DNA from: Pseudomonadota bacterium
GTDB lineage: Bacteria; Campylobacterota; Campylobacteria; Campylobacterales; Sulfurimonadaceae
Direction: 5' to 3'
Assembly: GCA_043797085.1 (NCBI GenBank)
Contig: JAZDQA010000007.1
Location: 1 to 64,000, forward strand
Length of the DNA: 64,000 nt
The translations under genes and the position numbers were made by a program. Under the pieces are notes generated by a model. That model saw only the letters and a list, made by a program, of their open reading frames with translations. It was not told where the DNA came from and made no database searches. Positions 40,652-50,191 of this stretch are shown piece by piece; the stretch's first letter is position 1, and every line of letters starts with the position of its first letter.

Positions 40652-42238
40652 ATGGCTTCAGAAACAAAAGCGCAGCGTGTTGAGCGAATCAAAAGCGAAA
40701 AAGACGGATTGGATGTTTTAGACGATATTGCCCGTTATGCGATAAGCGGGGAGGAAATCGACTCCGAAGATATCGACCGTTTTAAATGGTACGGTTTGTA
40801 TACGCAGAATAAAAATCTTCAAGGTCCTGAAGATGAGACTCTCTATTTTATGCTTCGTATTAAAGTAGAAGGTGGCTATCTCAATCGCGAGCAGTTAGCA
40901 GAGATCGGGAAAATATCCAAAGAGTTGGCACGGGATACGGCGGATTTGACAACACGCCAGGACATCCAATTTCACTGGATCAAAGTGACGGATCTTCCGC
41001 AAATTTTCACCCGATTGGCTGCCGTTGGACTTAGTACCATCGAAGCCGCAGGAGATTGTCCACGTAATATCGTCTGCTGTCCGGTAAACGGTATCGATAA
41101 AGACCAAGTCGATGATGTCCGTGATCTGGTCGATGCATTGAATGATTTGTACCGAGAGAATAGGGCGTTTTCCAATCTTCCTCGAAAGTTCAAGGTTGGG
41201 GTGAGCGGGTGCAGCAAGCATTGTCTCTCGCATGAAGTTCAGGATTTGACCTTTACGGCGGTTAAACGTCAAAATGGCGGGATAGAGTTCAGTGTCAGCG
41301 TTGGAGGCGGGCAGGCGAGCAATCGTCGTATCGCAGATCATATCGGATATATCCAGCGTAAAGATGTGGTTGCAATCGCTGAGTCAGTTGCTAAAATTTA
41401 CCGTGATTATGGACGACGTGATAACCGATTAAAAGCACGATTAGGACACCTGATAGAGGATTGGGGTGTTGAGCGTTTTGTGAACGAGCTTGAAAAAGAT
41501 TCGGGCGTGACGTTTGATCCGTATGATCATGCAGCGTTTACTCCGTATCCTCGTCGGAGTCATTTTGGAATATTTGAGAGTACAAAAGAGGGATACAACA
41601 CCATCGGATATGCGATTACCAGTGGACGCATCGGCGGTGAGCGATTGCTCTCATTGGGAAATATTCTCGAATTTTACGGTGCAGAGGGAATTTCACTGAC
41701 GACGACGCAAAACATTGTTGTTCAAGGAGTTCCCTCCGAGGCGACCAAAGCATTTACGGAAACACTGGAAGCGTCATTAGGACTGGAAGCAAATCCATCG
41801 GTCTTTGAAGCACGGACTCTGGCCTGTACGGGACTGAATTTTTGTAAGTTTGCGGTGAGTGAAACCAAAAATCTTGCAATTGAGGTTGTGGCGCATTTGA
41901 AAAGTCGATTTAAAGGTTTTAGCGAGCCTATCAGCATCAGTATCAACGGATGTCCCAATGCCTGTGCGCATCCTCACATCGTCGATCTTGGATTTGTCGG
42001 GTCGATTGTAAAACGTGATGAAGAAAAATTCAAAGGGTTTGATTTGATCGTCGGAGGCCATCTCGAAGGAGAAGAAAGCCGTTTTGCAGTGAAAACCGGT
42101 GTCAAGGTCACTTCGGATGAAGTCGCACCTCTGATTGAATCCTTGATTCAGGAGTATGAGTCGAGTCAAAGCCGTGATTTTGGAAATTTTTTATTGGAGA
42201 AGTATCGTCATGAGCCAACTATTCCGACCGCTTCTTGA
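40652..42238 (+). CDS. Ferredoxin-type sulfite/nitrite reductase (siroheme)
   Basis: TTRQ, LPRKFK, CTGLNFC, GCPNAC; lies in the cys operon, so likely a sulfite reductase. Confidence 0.9.
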   Translation: MASETKAQRVERIKSEKDGLDVLDDIARYAISGEEIDSEDIDRFKWYGLYTQNKNLQGPEDETLYFMLRIKVEGGYLNREQLAEIGKISKELARDTADLTTRQDIQFHWIKVTDLPQIFTRLAAVGLSTIEAAGDCPRNIVCCPVNGIDKDQVDDVRDLVDALNDLYRENRAFSNLPRKFKVGVSGCSKHCLSHEVQDLTFTAVKRQNGGIEFSVSVGGGQASNRRIADHIGYIQRKDVVAIAESVAKIYRDYGRRDNRLKARLGHLIEDWGVERFVNELEKDSGVTFDPYDHAAFTPYPRRSHFGIFESTKEGYNTIGYAITSGRIGGERLLSLGNILEFYGAEGISLTTTQNIVVQGVPSEATKAFTETLEASLGLEANPSVFEARTLACTGLNFCKFAVSETKNLAIEVVAHLKSRFKGFSEPISISINGCPNACAHPHIVDLGFVGSIVKRDEEKFKGFDLIVGGHLEGEESRFAVKTGVKVTSDEVAPLIESLIQEYESSQSRDFGNFLLEKYRHEPTIPTAS

Positions 42239-43514
42239 GGCCGGCGACAAATATTCCCAGATAATCGGCAAGACGATTGGGACACATAAAAAACATTATT
42301 TTGATTATACGGCATCGGGTCTAGCATACGAGCCTATCGAAGAGCGCATTCGCGAAGTCCTTGAAACGTATGCAAACACCCATTCCAAAGAGGCGTCAAT
42401 GGCGGCCAAGACGGACAGTTATTACCGTCAGGCACGCGAACATTTGAAAACGCTGTTAGAATTGGATGACGGATTCGCTATTATTCCTAGTGGATGTGGG
42501 GCGACGGCTGCGGTAAAGCGGTTGCAAGAAATTTTGGGATTGTATATTCCTCCTGCAACACGGGCACGTTATCTTGGGTTAGATACGGCAAAGTTACCGC
42601 TAGTCATCGTAGGACCGTATGAACATCATTCCAATGAAATCAGTTATCGCGAAGCCTTGTGTGAAACGATACGAATTGGTCTGAACGAGAATGGATTGGT
42701 GGATTTAGAAGAATTAGAATGGATATTACGAGCCAATAAAGATCGTGAAATCATCGGTACGTTTTGCATCGCCTCCAATGTGACGGGGACGATTACACCG
42801 TATGCTGAGATTTCGGTATTGCTACGCCGTTACGGTGCAACGGTTTGTTTTGACGCCGCCGCATCGTCACCGTATCGAAATATTCCGTGCGAACTGTATG
42901 ATGCGATGGTCTTTTCCCCGCATAAACTTCTCGGCGGTCCTGGATCGTGCGGATTACTTGCCATACGGAAAAATCTGTTTGATGGTGACCATTCTCCTAC
43001 GTTTGCAGGAGGAGGAACGGTGAGCTATGTGAGCCGTAAGAGCCACACGTTTGTCGATGAAATCGAAGATCGTGAGGATGCCGGAACCCCAGGGATTTTA
43101 CAATTGATTCGTGCGGCATTGTCGTATCAGCTGCGTAATGAATTGGGATTTGAGTGGATCGCATCATCAAAGAAAAAATTGCATTCACATCTCGTCAAAG
43201 AGCTTCGAACGATTCCGGGGGCAGAGTGTTATGGATGTCGAAATGCGGAAAATATCGGTATCGTGTCGTTTAATATTCATAATGTTGACCCTTACGCACT
43301 GTGTGCGTTTTTATCGGATGAAGAGGGATTTCAAACACGTGCGGGATGTTCGTGTGCGGGTCCTTATGGACACGATCTATTAGGGTTGGGGGATGATGAA
43401 CTGCTGGCTTTTAAACCGGGTTGGCTTCGTATCACTATCCATTATTCGCAGACGATTGAGGATGTAGATGCTCTGATCGATGCGATCAAAAAATCAATAA
43501 GGAGGCTCGAATGA
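42210..43514 (+). CDS. Class V PLP aminotransferase / cysteine desulfurase-like protein
   Basis: DYTASG, EHHSN, SPHK (PLP Lys), RAGCSCAGP; start moved to MSQLF (42210). Confidence 0.88.
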   Translation: MSQLFRPLLEAGDKYSQIIGKTIGTHKKHYFDYTASGLAYEPIEERIREVLETYANTHSKEASMAAKTDSYYRQAREHLKTLLELDDGFAIIPSGCGATAAVKRLQEILGLYIPPATRARYLGLDTAKLPLVIVGPYEHHSNEISYREALCETIRIGLNENGLVDLEELEWILRANKDREIIGTFCIASNVTGTITPYAEISVLLRRYGATVCFDAAASSPYRNIPCELYDAMVFSPHKLLGGPGSCGLLAIRKNLFDGDHSPTFAGGGTVSYVSRKSHTFVDEIEDREDAGTPGILQLIRAALSYQLRNELGFEWIASSKKKLHSHLVKELRTIPGAECYGCRNAENIGIVSFNIHNVDPYALCAFLSDEEGFQTRAGCSCAGPYGHDLLGLGDDELLAFKPGWLRITIHYSQTIEDVDALIDAIKKSIRRLE

Positions 43515-44308
43515 AAACAAATGACAAAACGTTAGTAGACGAGTCTGCTGATGAAGTTACCCATAAGAAGGGAAAAGTATATCTTGTAGGCTGCGGACTA
43601 GGTGACGTCGAACTGCTGACACTCAAAGCTGCGCGGATTATCAAAGAAGCACCGGTGATTTTGTATGATCATCTCATCAGTGCTGAGATTTTAGTATTGA
43701 TTCCAAAAAAGAGTCAAAAAATTTACGTAGGGAAAGAAAAAAGCCGTCACAGTATTTCTCAAGAAGAGATCAATGCGTTGATTGTTACCTATGCGAACGA
43801 AGGATTGGATGTTGCCCGACTCAAAAGCGGCGATCCCTATATCTTCGGACGGGGCACGGAAGAGGCCCTTTATCTGATCGAACGAGGGTATGAAGTCGAT
43901 GTGATTCCCGGAATATCTTCTTCGGTAGCAGGGAGTGCCTGTGCAGGTATCCCACCAACCGCGCGAGGATATGCAGCAAGTTTTTCGGTGGTATCGGCAC
44001 ATCTGAAAAATTCGAAGTTTAACAATGACTGGCTTCCGCTCTTGTTACTGCCCAATCATACGACCGTTATCCTCATGGGGCTGAGTGTTGCAAGAGAGAT
44101 CAAAGAAGCTGCTTTGGCACTGGGAGTCAATGGCGATTTACCCGCCGCTATTGTTTCGAATGCATCGCGTCCGAATCAAAGGACGATCGTGACGACTCTG
44201 CAAAATCTCGAAGAAGCTGCAAGTGGGGCACAAAGCCCTGCGGTAATCGTCTTTGGAGATGTTGTTCATCTTCAGGGACGTTTGCCATCTTATTCAAACG
44301 GCCTATGA
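43511..44308 (+). CDS. cobA: Uroporphyrinogen-III C-methyltransferase
   Basis: VYLVG.G.GD.ELLT, RLKSGDP.IFGRG. Confidence 0.92.
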   Translation: MKTNDKTLVDESADEVTHKKGKVYLVGCGLGDVELLTLKAARIIKEAPVILYDHLISAEILVLIPKKSQKIYVGKEKSRHSISQEEINALIVTYANEGLDVARLKSGDPYIFGRGTEEALYLIERGYEVDVIPGISSSVAGSACAGIPPTARGYAASFSVVSAHLKNSKFNNDWLPLLLLPNHTTVILMGLSVAREIKEAALALGVNGDLPAAIVSNASRPNQRTIVTTLQNLEEAASGAQSPAVIVFGDVVHLQGRLPSYSNGL

Positions 44309-45058
44309 TTCGATGTAGTAACCAAGCCCCATGGCATTCTTAACCATGGCAACCGGCAGTTTCTTATTCAGTCTCCACATCAGTGTCCGTACATCATTGT
44401 GCGACTGATGCGCACTTCCCCACACAAAACGGATAATCTGATCAAAGTTCACAATACTTCCTACCTGAGCGATTAAAAGAGACATAAGTGCCCGCTCTTT
44501 TCTCGTCATTTTAATTTCAGCATTTTTATACAAAAGAGTAAAGTCTTTGACTTTGAATTGATAACAATTGCACAGATCGACCGTAGAAGTGTTGGAGTGT
44601 AAATTAAAAACTTTCATCTTTAATTCGTCATATTCCAGATGAAGCTGCTGCATGATACTGTTAGAAACTTTATGCTTTTTAAAACAGTGCAACGCACATT
44701 GAAGAGATGTATGCAAATTGATAGGCTCAAAAGGTTGGACTAGATAACAATACGGATGAGTCTTTTGTGCTTTAAAAAGAGTTGCATCATCTCCACTATT
44801 GCTAAGATAGATAAAAGGTACCTTTCCCTGCTTATCCAAAAAACGCCCTAAAGATAGACTCTCATTGGGCGAGAGAGGATCAATTTGGATAAGTACAACA
44901 TCTGGATTGTAGTCTCTAAGTGAGTTTTCCAGATTTTTCGTTGTAGCTGAACTAAAAAAAAGCTGATAACCATAGGAATCAAGAGAATGCTGTAACGATA
45001 AAACCTCTGTTTCGTTGTCCCCTACTACAAGAACGTTCGTGTTGCTCAAAATATCCAT
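44303..45058 (-). CDS. Pseudo-receiver plus OmpR-type winged-helix regulator
   Basis: REC-like fold lacking the phospho-Asp (VVLIQID) and Lys (YLVQP); C-terminal TRKE..L..L, VRTLMWRL, GLGY. Confidence 0.8.
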   Translation of the reverse strand: MDILSNTNVLVVGDNETEVLSLQHSLDSYGYQLFFSSATTKNLENSLRDYNPDVVLIQIDPLSPNESLSLGRFLDKQGKVPFIYLSNSGDDATLFKAQKTHPYCYLVQPFEPINLHTSLQCALHCFKKHKVSNSIMQQLHLEYDELKMKVFNLHSNTSTVDLCNCYQFKVKDFTLLYKNAEIKMTRKERALMSLLIAQVGSIVNFDQIIRFVWGSAHQSHNDVRTLMWRLNKKLPVAMVKNAMGLGYYIES

Positions 45059-45102
45059 ACTGCTATAACCTTGAAAAATTGTCTTAATGAGTTTGATATG
45101 AA

Positions 45103-45131
45103 ATTATAGTGAATGATCGTTCATTTGTCAA
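45103..45131 (-). promoter_or_regulatory. Sigma70-type promoter with an operator in its spacer
   Basis: Minus strand TTGACA (45131-45126), 17 bp, TATAAT (45108-45103); spacer contains TGAATGATCGTTCA (45110-45123). Confidence 0.75.
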
Positions 45132-45229
45132 TGAATCAGCTATGTTTTAGTAGTATCGAAAGCATTTAATTTCATTTTTGCTATTGTTTTTTTAAGAGTA
45201 GCGGTATAGAATGCTGTAATGATTTGAAG

Positions 45230-45243
45230 TGAATATAGGTTCA
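45230..45243. promoter_or_regulatory. Candidate TetR operator upstream of tetR
   Basis: TGAATATAGGTTCA downstream of TAGAAT (45207-45212). Confidence 0.6.
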
Positions 45244-45284
45244 TTCCATAAGTGATAAAAACGTGATAGAAAGCAGACACTAAA

Positions 45285-45899
45285 ATGAAAAATATTCCAG
45301 AAAAACCCGCCACGACAAAAAAAGAAGATCGTAAAACATCCATAATGCAAACAGCGTTAAAGCTTTTCTCCACAGAAGGGTTTTATACGACAACGATGCC
45401 AGCCATTGCTAAAACATTGGGGATGAGTGTTGGAAATTTTTATAATTATTTTGCTTCAAAAGATCAGCTGGCAAAAGAGTTAATGCTGTACATTTCTACC
45501 GTTTTAGGCGATAAACTACGAGAAATCAACATGACGGATGCATCGGTAAAAGAAAAAATCACGATGATTGTTCACATGTATTTTAGCATCGCACGGGAGC
45601 GTCCTGAGCTTATCGAATATTTTTTACGTGTTTTTCTTTCCAATCGGGAAATATTTACAAAAGAGTGTACCGGAATGGTATGTGTCTCCGGTTTTGTAAC
45701 AGAGTTGATGCTGTTTTTTGACGATGGAGTACAAAGCGGAGAGTTAAAAGATCAGGATTTCTTTAGTGCTTTGGGACTCTTTATGGGATATTTGGGGGGA
45801 ATGGTCTTTTTAAACGGGGAAGAGGTTCTCACACATCCATTGGGTGAATACGAAACCGCCATAGCAGAGAACATCTACAATGCTCTGCGAAAACAATGA
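45285..45899 (+). CDS. TetR/AcrR family transcriptional regulator
   Basis: ALKLF..GF..TT...IAK.LG.SVG.FYNYF.SK HTH. Confidence 0.93.
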   Translation: MKNIPEKPATTKKEDRKTSIMQTALKLFSTEGFYTTTMPAIAKTLGMSVGNFYNYFASKDQLAKELMLYISTVLGDKLREINMTDASVKEKITMIVHMYFSIARERPELIEYFLRVFLSNREIFTKECTGMVCVSGFVTELMLFFDDGVQSGELKDQDFFSALGLFMGYLGGMVFLNGEEVLTHPLGEYETAIAENIYNALRKQ

Positions 45900-46780
45900 A
45901 GCCACGGATCAAAGTTTTATGGCTCCAAGGGGTGACCTGCAACGGTAACACCCACTCTTTTTTGAATTATCCTCATCTCTCTTACCTCCTCGAAACGTTT
46001 GAATTTCTCTATCATTCTCTTTTGCCCTGTACCTATACGCTCAAAGAGATTTCGACCTGCGCGCATACCTGTGATATTCTCATTTTTGAGGGAGCGTATG
46101 ACCCTCGTATGGAGCGTGTAGGGACGAGTTTGGAAACATTGGTTCACCATTATGGAAACCATGCGCAGTATGTGATAGCAGCCGGAAGCTGTGCGAGTTT
46201 CGGGGGGATGTTTAAACACAGTGATCCTGAACATATTACGGGACTTGGCTTTGATGAAAAAGAGCCAAAAGGTCCTCTCGCAAACAGTCCAAAGCTGATT
46301 AATCTCTCAGGCTGTCCGATCCATCCGGAGTGGATGGGATATACCCTTCGTATGATTGCGGATAAGAAACCCATAGCAGTGGATGAGTTGCATCGCCCCA
46401 AAGAGCTTTATTCCTATTTGGCGCATCATGGATGTACTCGAAATGAATATTTTGAATGGAAGGTCGATTCAAAATATTTTGGTACCAAAGAGGGGTGTTT
46501 GTTTTACAAGCAAGGATGCCGTGGTCCGATGACGCATGCTTCGTGTAATAAAATATTGTGGAATGACGTGAGTTCTAAAACGCGAGCAGGAACTCCTTGT
46601 TTTGGGTGTACGGAACCTGATTTTCCGCGAGTTAATATGTTTGATACCAAAACCAATATGTCGATTCCACAGGATGTTCCGGTGGGGATTTCCAAGCGAA
46701 GTTATTTAACCATGGCGGGTATCGCAAAATCATTTCACATACCGCGCTTAGAGAAGAGGCTGATCGATGATGACGCGTAA
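45896..46780 (+). CDS. Cytoplasmic [NiFe]-hydrogenase small subunit (HupS/HupU-like, group 2d-like)
   Basis: No Tat leader; WLQGVTCNGN, GSCA, GCPIHP, HHGC, CLF..GC.GP, CFGC. Confidence 0.88.
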   Translation: MKPRIKVLWLQGVTCNGNTHSFLNYPHLSYLLETFEFLYHSLLPCTYTLKEISTCAHTCDILIFEGAYDPRMERVGTSLETLVHHYGNHAQYVIAAGSCASFGGMFKHSDPEHITGLGFDEKEPKGPLANSPKLINLSGCPIHPEWMGYTLRMIADKKPIAVDELHRPKELYSYLAHHGCTRNEYFEWKVDSKYFGTKEGCLFYKQGCRGPMTHASCNKILWNDVSSKTRAGTPCFGCTEPDFPRVNMFDTKTNMSIPQDVPVGISKRSYLTMAGIAKSFHIPRLEKRLIDDDA

Positions 46781-48074
46781 ATGGATCGAACGGATTGAAG
46801 GAGAAGCTTCGATTGGATTTGAATTTGAAGAGAATAAAGTCTCTTTTGCCAGCATTGCTTTTCCCCATTTTCGAGGGATGGAGGCGATTTTACAGTCAAA
46901 ACCTGCTATGGATGCGCTGGTGATTACTCCTCGCGTCTGCGGGATATGCGGACATTCGCATTTGTTTGCGGCAGTTCGAGCCATCGAATCGGTGTATGCC
47001 AACAGCGGTTTTCCTCTCGAAATATCTCCTAAAGCCCAAATCTTGCGAGAACTTACCCTCTCGCTGGAGCTGATACAAAATCACTTTAAATGGCTTTATA
47101 TGGTGATTTATCCGGAATTGTCTCATTTGCTTCAACGTCCTATTGCTGATTCGTGTCGGCTTAAGGGTGCGTATGCGGCATCTCTTGCGACCAAAATACT
47201 CGCTATTTTCGCCGGACAATGGCCTCACTCCTCGTACATGATACCCGGAGGCGTGACGTGCGATCCTACGTATGTTGATACGATGCGTGCGATGGCGTTG
47301 CTGGATGAACTGGTTCGATGGTTTGAAAAAGAGCTGATCGGTATTTCACTGGCGGAGTATCTCAATATATCCTCTGCAAAAGATCTTTCTTATGTAAATG
47401 GCGATATGCGCGACATCGATAAAATGCTTCGTACTGCCAAGATGCATAAACAGGGTTTTTCGTATGATCGCTATATGGTGTTAGGAAATCATGGATTTTC
47501 TAATCCTTCAAAATATATGAACCGACGGATGGCAAAAGTCAATCCACAATTGGTAACGCTGGAAGATCCTTATACCGTGGATGAAAAAACCTACGCTAAA
47601 AATGCTCTTTATCAAAATAACGCGTTTGAAACCGGTCCATTAGCACGTGCCATTACCAATGGAGTCCCATTTATCAAACATCTGCACCGCAGTTTTCGCG
47701 ACAGTACTTATACTCGTATCATGGCAAGAAGTTACGAAACAGCGCTGCTTTTGAATCATTGTAAAACGCTTTTGCACTCGATAAAGATAGATGAACCGTC
47801 GTTTATTGAACCCCACAAAAAAATCACTTCCCTCAGCGGAGAGGGTATGGGCATTGTCGAAGCACCAAGAGGTCCATTGATCCATAAAGTGACGCTAAAC
47901 AAGGGGATAATCGATCACTATACCCTGATAACACCCACCCAATGGAATCTTTCATGCGGTTCCCCTCAAACCCCAGGACCTGCTCAAAAAGCCATGATAG
48001 GGGCGGATTCTATCGAGACTGCGACGTTTACTTTTCGGTCATTTGATGTTTGTTCGGTTTGTACGACGCACTAA
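46767..48074 (+). CDS. Cytoplasmic [NiFe]-hydrogenase large subunit (HupL/HupV-like)
   Basis: RIEG, L1 RVCGIC, L2 DVCSVCTTH followed by stop (no cleavable tail). Confidence 0.9.
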   Translation: MMTRKWIERIEGEASIGFEFEENKVSFASIAFPHFRGMEAILQSKPAMDALVITPRVCGICGHSHLFAAVRAIESVYANSGFPLEISPKAQILRELTLSLELIQNHFKWLYMVIYPELSHLLQRPIADSCRLKGAYAASLATKILAIFAGQWPHSSYMIPGGVTCDPTYVDTMRAMALLDELVRWFEKELIGISLAEYLNISSAKDLSYVNGDMRDIDKMLRTAKMHKQGFSYDRYMVLGNHGFSNPSKYMNRRMAKVNPQLVTLEDPYTVDEKTYAKNALYQNNAFETGPLARAITNGVPFIKHLHRSFRDSTYTRIMARSYETALLLNHCKTLLHSIKIDEPSFIEPHKKITSLSGEGMGIVEAPRGPLIHKVTLNKGIIDHYTLITPTQWNLSCGSPQTPGPAQKAMIGADSIETATFTFRSFDVCSVCTTH

Positions 48075-48110
48075 ATTAAATTGCAAATTGTAGCCACTAA
48101 AAGATTTATC

Positions 48111-48186
48111 CTCGTTCCCACTCTCCTGAGTGGGAATGCATACAAGCGTAAAAACAAACGCTCCAACTCAGGAGAGTAGGAGCGAG
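48111..48186. repeat. REPIN-like inverted repeat
   Basis: 28-nt arms CTCGTTCCCACTCTCCTGAGTGGGAATG and CGCTCCAACTCAGGAGAGTAGGAGCGAG. Confidence 0.7.
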
Positions 48187-48209
48187 AAGTATTTCAAAAA
48201 GGTATTAAG

Positions 48210-48803
48210 ATGATTACCAACAACATGGACGTATTCGCCGAGAAATTCGAGGGCGTTGATCTGCACGGCAAAAAGATTACCAAAGCCGAATTCGATGACT
48301 GCACCTTCGTCTCGTGCGATTTTAGCGAAACCTTTTTTTCTTCTTGTAAATTTACCGAATGCCGTTTCGAAAACTGCAATCTGAGTGTGATGAAACTGAC
48401 GAACACCAAAATGAGCGATGTTGAGTTTGTCTCGTGCAAGATGATCGGGATCGATTGGACGATGGCGGATTGGAAGAGTTTACTCAATGCCGATCCCTTG
48501 CGTTTTCGGGAATGTATCCTCAATGATAGCAATTTTTTCGGTCTGAACTTGGAAGGGTTGGTTATGCGGGAGTGCCGAGCCAAAGAGGTTGATTTTCGCA
48601 ATGGGTCGTTTCAAAAAGCCGATTTTACCCTGAGCGATTTCAAAGGGGCGCTGTTCGGGAATACCCATCTCGAAGGGGCGAACTTTACCGACTCCTCGAA
48701 CACCTCTATCGATGTGCGCTCCAACCATCTTAAGGGGGCTATTTTCAACCGTTATGAGGCACTGTTTCTCCTCGAATCGATGGGGATAATATTAGTAGAT
48801 TAA
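48210..48803 (+). CDS. Pentapeptide repeat protein
   Basis: Regular [ACT]-x-F-x-x pentapeptides throughout. Confidence 0.92.
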   Translation: MITNNMDVFAEKFEGVDLHGKKITKAEFDDCTFVSCDFSETFFSSCKFTECRFENCNLSVMKLTNTKMSDVEFVSCKMIGIDWTMADWKSLLNADPLRFRECILNDSNFFGLNLEGLVMRECRAKEVDFRNGSFQKADFTLSDFKGALFGNTHLEGANFTDSSNTSIDVRSNHLKGAIFNRYEALFLLESMGIILVD

Positions 48804-48918
48804 ATATCTCTTCTCCGTCTTATTTCTCCTTTTTTGTCCTATAATTAAACAAGAAATAAAGAATTTCAATTAAATCTTATCTTTTAAATATTCGTTTAAG
48901 TTATTTCGCCGTACTATA

Positions 48919-48932
48919 TGAATGATTATTCA
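48919..48932. promoter_or_regulatory. Candidate TetR operator upstream of hydA
   Basis: TGAATGATTATTCA immediately after a TACTAT -10 (48912-48917). Confidence 0.65.
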
Positions 48933-48952
48933 TTAATAAGGGGGAAAGGATT

Positions 48953-50191
48953 ATGTCCGATAGAGTTGAAGCGGTTAAAAAACTGTTTACGTCGAAAAGC
49001 TCGCGTGTCGAAACGAACAAAGGCGATACTTATTATCAAGAGTTGTTTGTTCGATGTGAAGCACGACTGAACGAACTGCGTGCGAATACACCTGCAAATA
49101 GATTAGATTTTGCGGATCTTTTAGAAGAAAACGGAATAGACAGACGAGAGTTTATGAAATGGGCGAGTGCTACGACAGCTATGTTGATGCTTCCTCCTAT
49201 GTTTACGCCATTGATTGCGGATGCGGCAGTGATGATGAATCGCGCACCGGTTATTTGGCTCGAACTTCAAGACTGTGCGGGTAATTCTGAAGCGCTTTTA
49301 CGTGCAGATGGACCGAAAATCGATGAAATCGTACTGGATATCATCTCACTGGAATACCATGAGACGTTGCAAGCAGCATCCGGTCATCAAGCTGAAAAAC
49401 AGCTAGAAGAAGCGATGGAGCATTTCAAAGGTAAATATATTTTATTCGTAGAGGGCTCAATCCCTATGGGGATGGACGGTCAATACGGAACCATCGGCGC
49501 AAGCGGTGAAACATTCCATGACCATTTAGTCCGTTGTGCTGCGAATGCTGCTGCGGTTGTTGCAGTTGGTAGCTGTGCGACGTTTGGCGGTGTTCCTGCT
49601 GCTTCTCCAAATCCTACGGGTGCAGTGGGAGTAATGGACGTTGTTAAAAACAAGCCGATTATCAATATCCCTGCCTGTCCTGCCAATCCTGCCAATATGG
49701 TTGGAGTAATCTTGCATTATCTTTTGACGGGTCAAGTTCCTGAACTGGATTCATTGTTACGTCCTAAGTTTGCGTTTGGGTATCGTATCCATGACAACTG
49801 TGAACGCCGTGCTCACTTCGATGCGGGTGAATACGTGGAAGAGTGGGGCGATACAGCTGCACAAAATAATTTTTGTCTCTATAAAATGGGGTGCAAAGGT
49901 CCTATGACGTTTAACAACTGTTCTATCGTGCGCTATAACGAAGCGGTCAACTGGCCAATCGGAGTAGGACGCGGTTGTATCGGTTGTTCAGAACCTGATT
50001 TTTGGGATAAATACGCGCATGAGCGCCCTATGGCGGATGCGAAAATCAAAGCACCTACGGGTGGTGTTGAAAAAACGGTTGACGAATTTGGTTTGGGCAT
50101 GTTGACTGCAGCGGGAATCGGGATTACGATCCATGCAGCAGCCAGTGCGGTAGCCGGTAAACGAGAAAAATCAGGAGAGAGCCATGAGTAA
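48953..50191 (+). CDS. hydA: Membrane-bound [NiFe]-hydrogenase small subunit (group 1)
   Basis: Tat motif DRREFMK, CAGN, GSCA, ACP, HDNCERR, CLYKMGCKGP, CIGC, C-terminal TM anchor. Confidence 0.94.
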   Translation: MSDRVEAVKKLFTSKSSRVETNKGDTYYQELFVRCEARLNELRANTPANRLDFADLLEENGIDRREFMKWASATTAMLMLPPMFTPLIADAAVMMNRAPVIWLELQDCAGNSEALLRADGPKIDEIVLDIISLEYHETLQAASGHQAEKQLEEAMEHFKGKYILFVEGSIPMGMDGQYGTIGASGETFHDHLVRCAANAAAVVAVGSCATFGGVPAASPNPTGAVGVMDVVKNKPIINIPACPANPANMVGVILHYLLTGQVPELDSLLRPKFAFGYRIHDNCERRAHFDAGEYVEEWGDTAAQNNFCLYKMGCKGPMTFNNCSIVRYNEAVNWPIGVGRGCIGCSEPDFWDKYAHERPMADAKIKAPTGGVEKTVDEFGLGMLTAAGIGITIHAAASAVAGKREKSGESHE

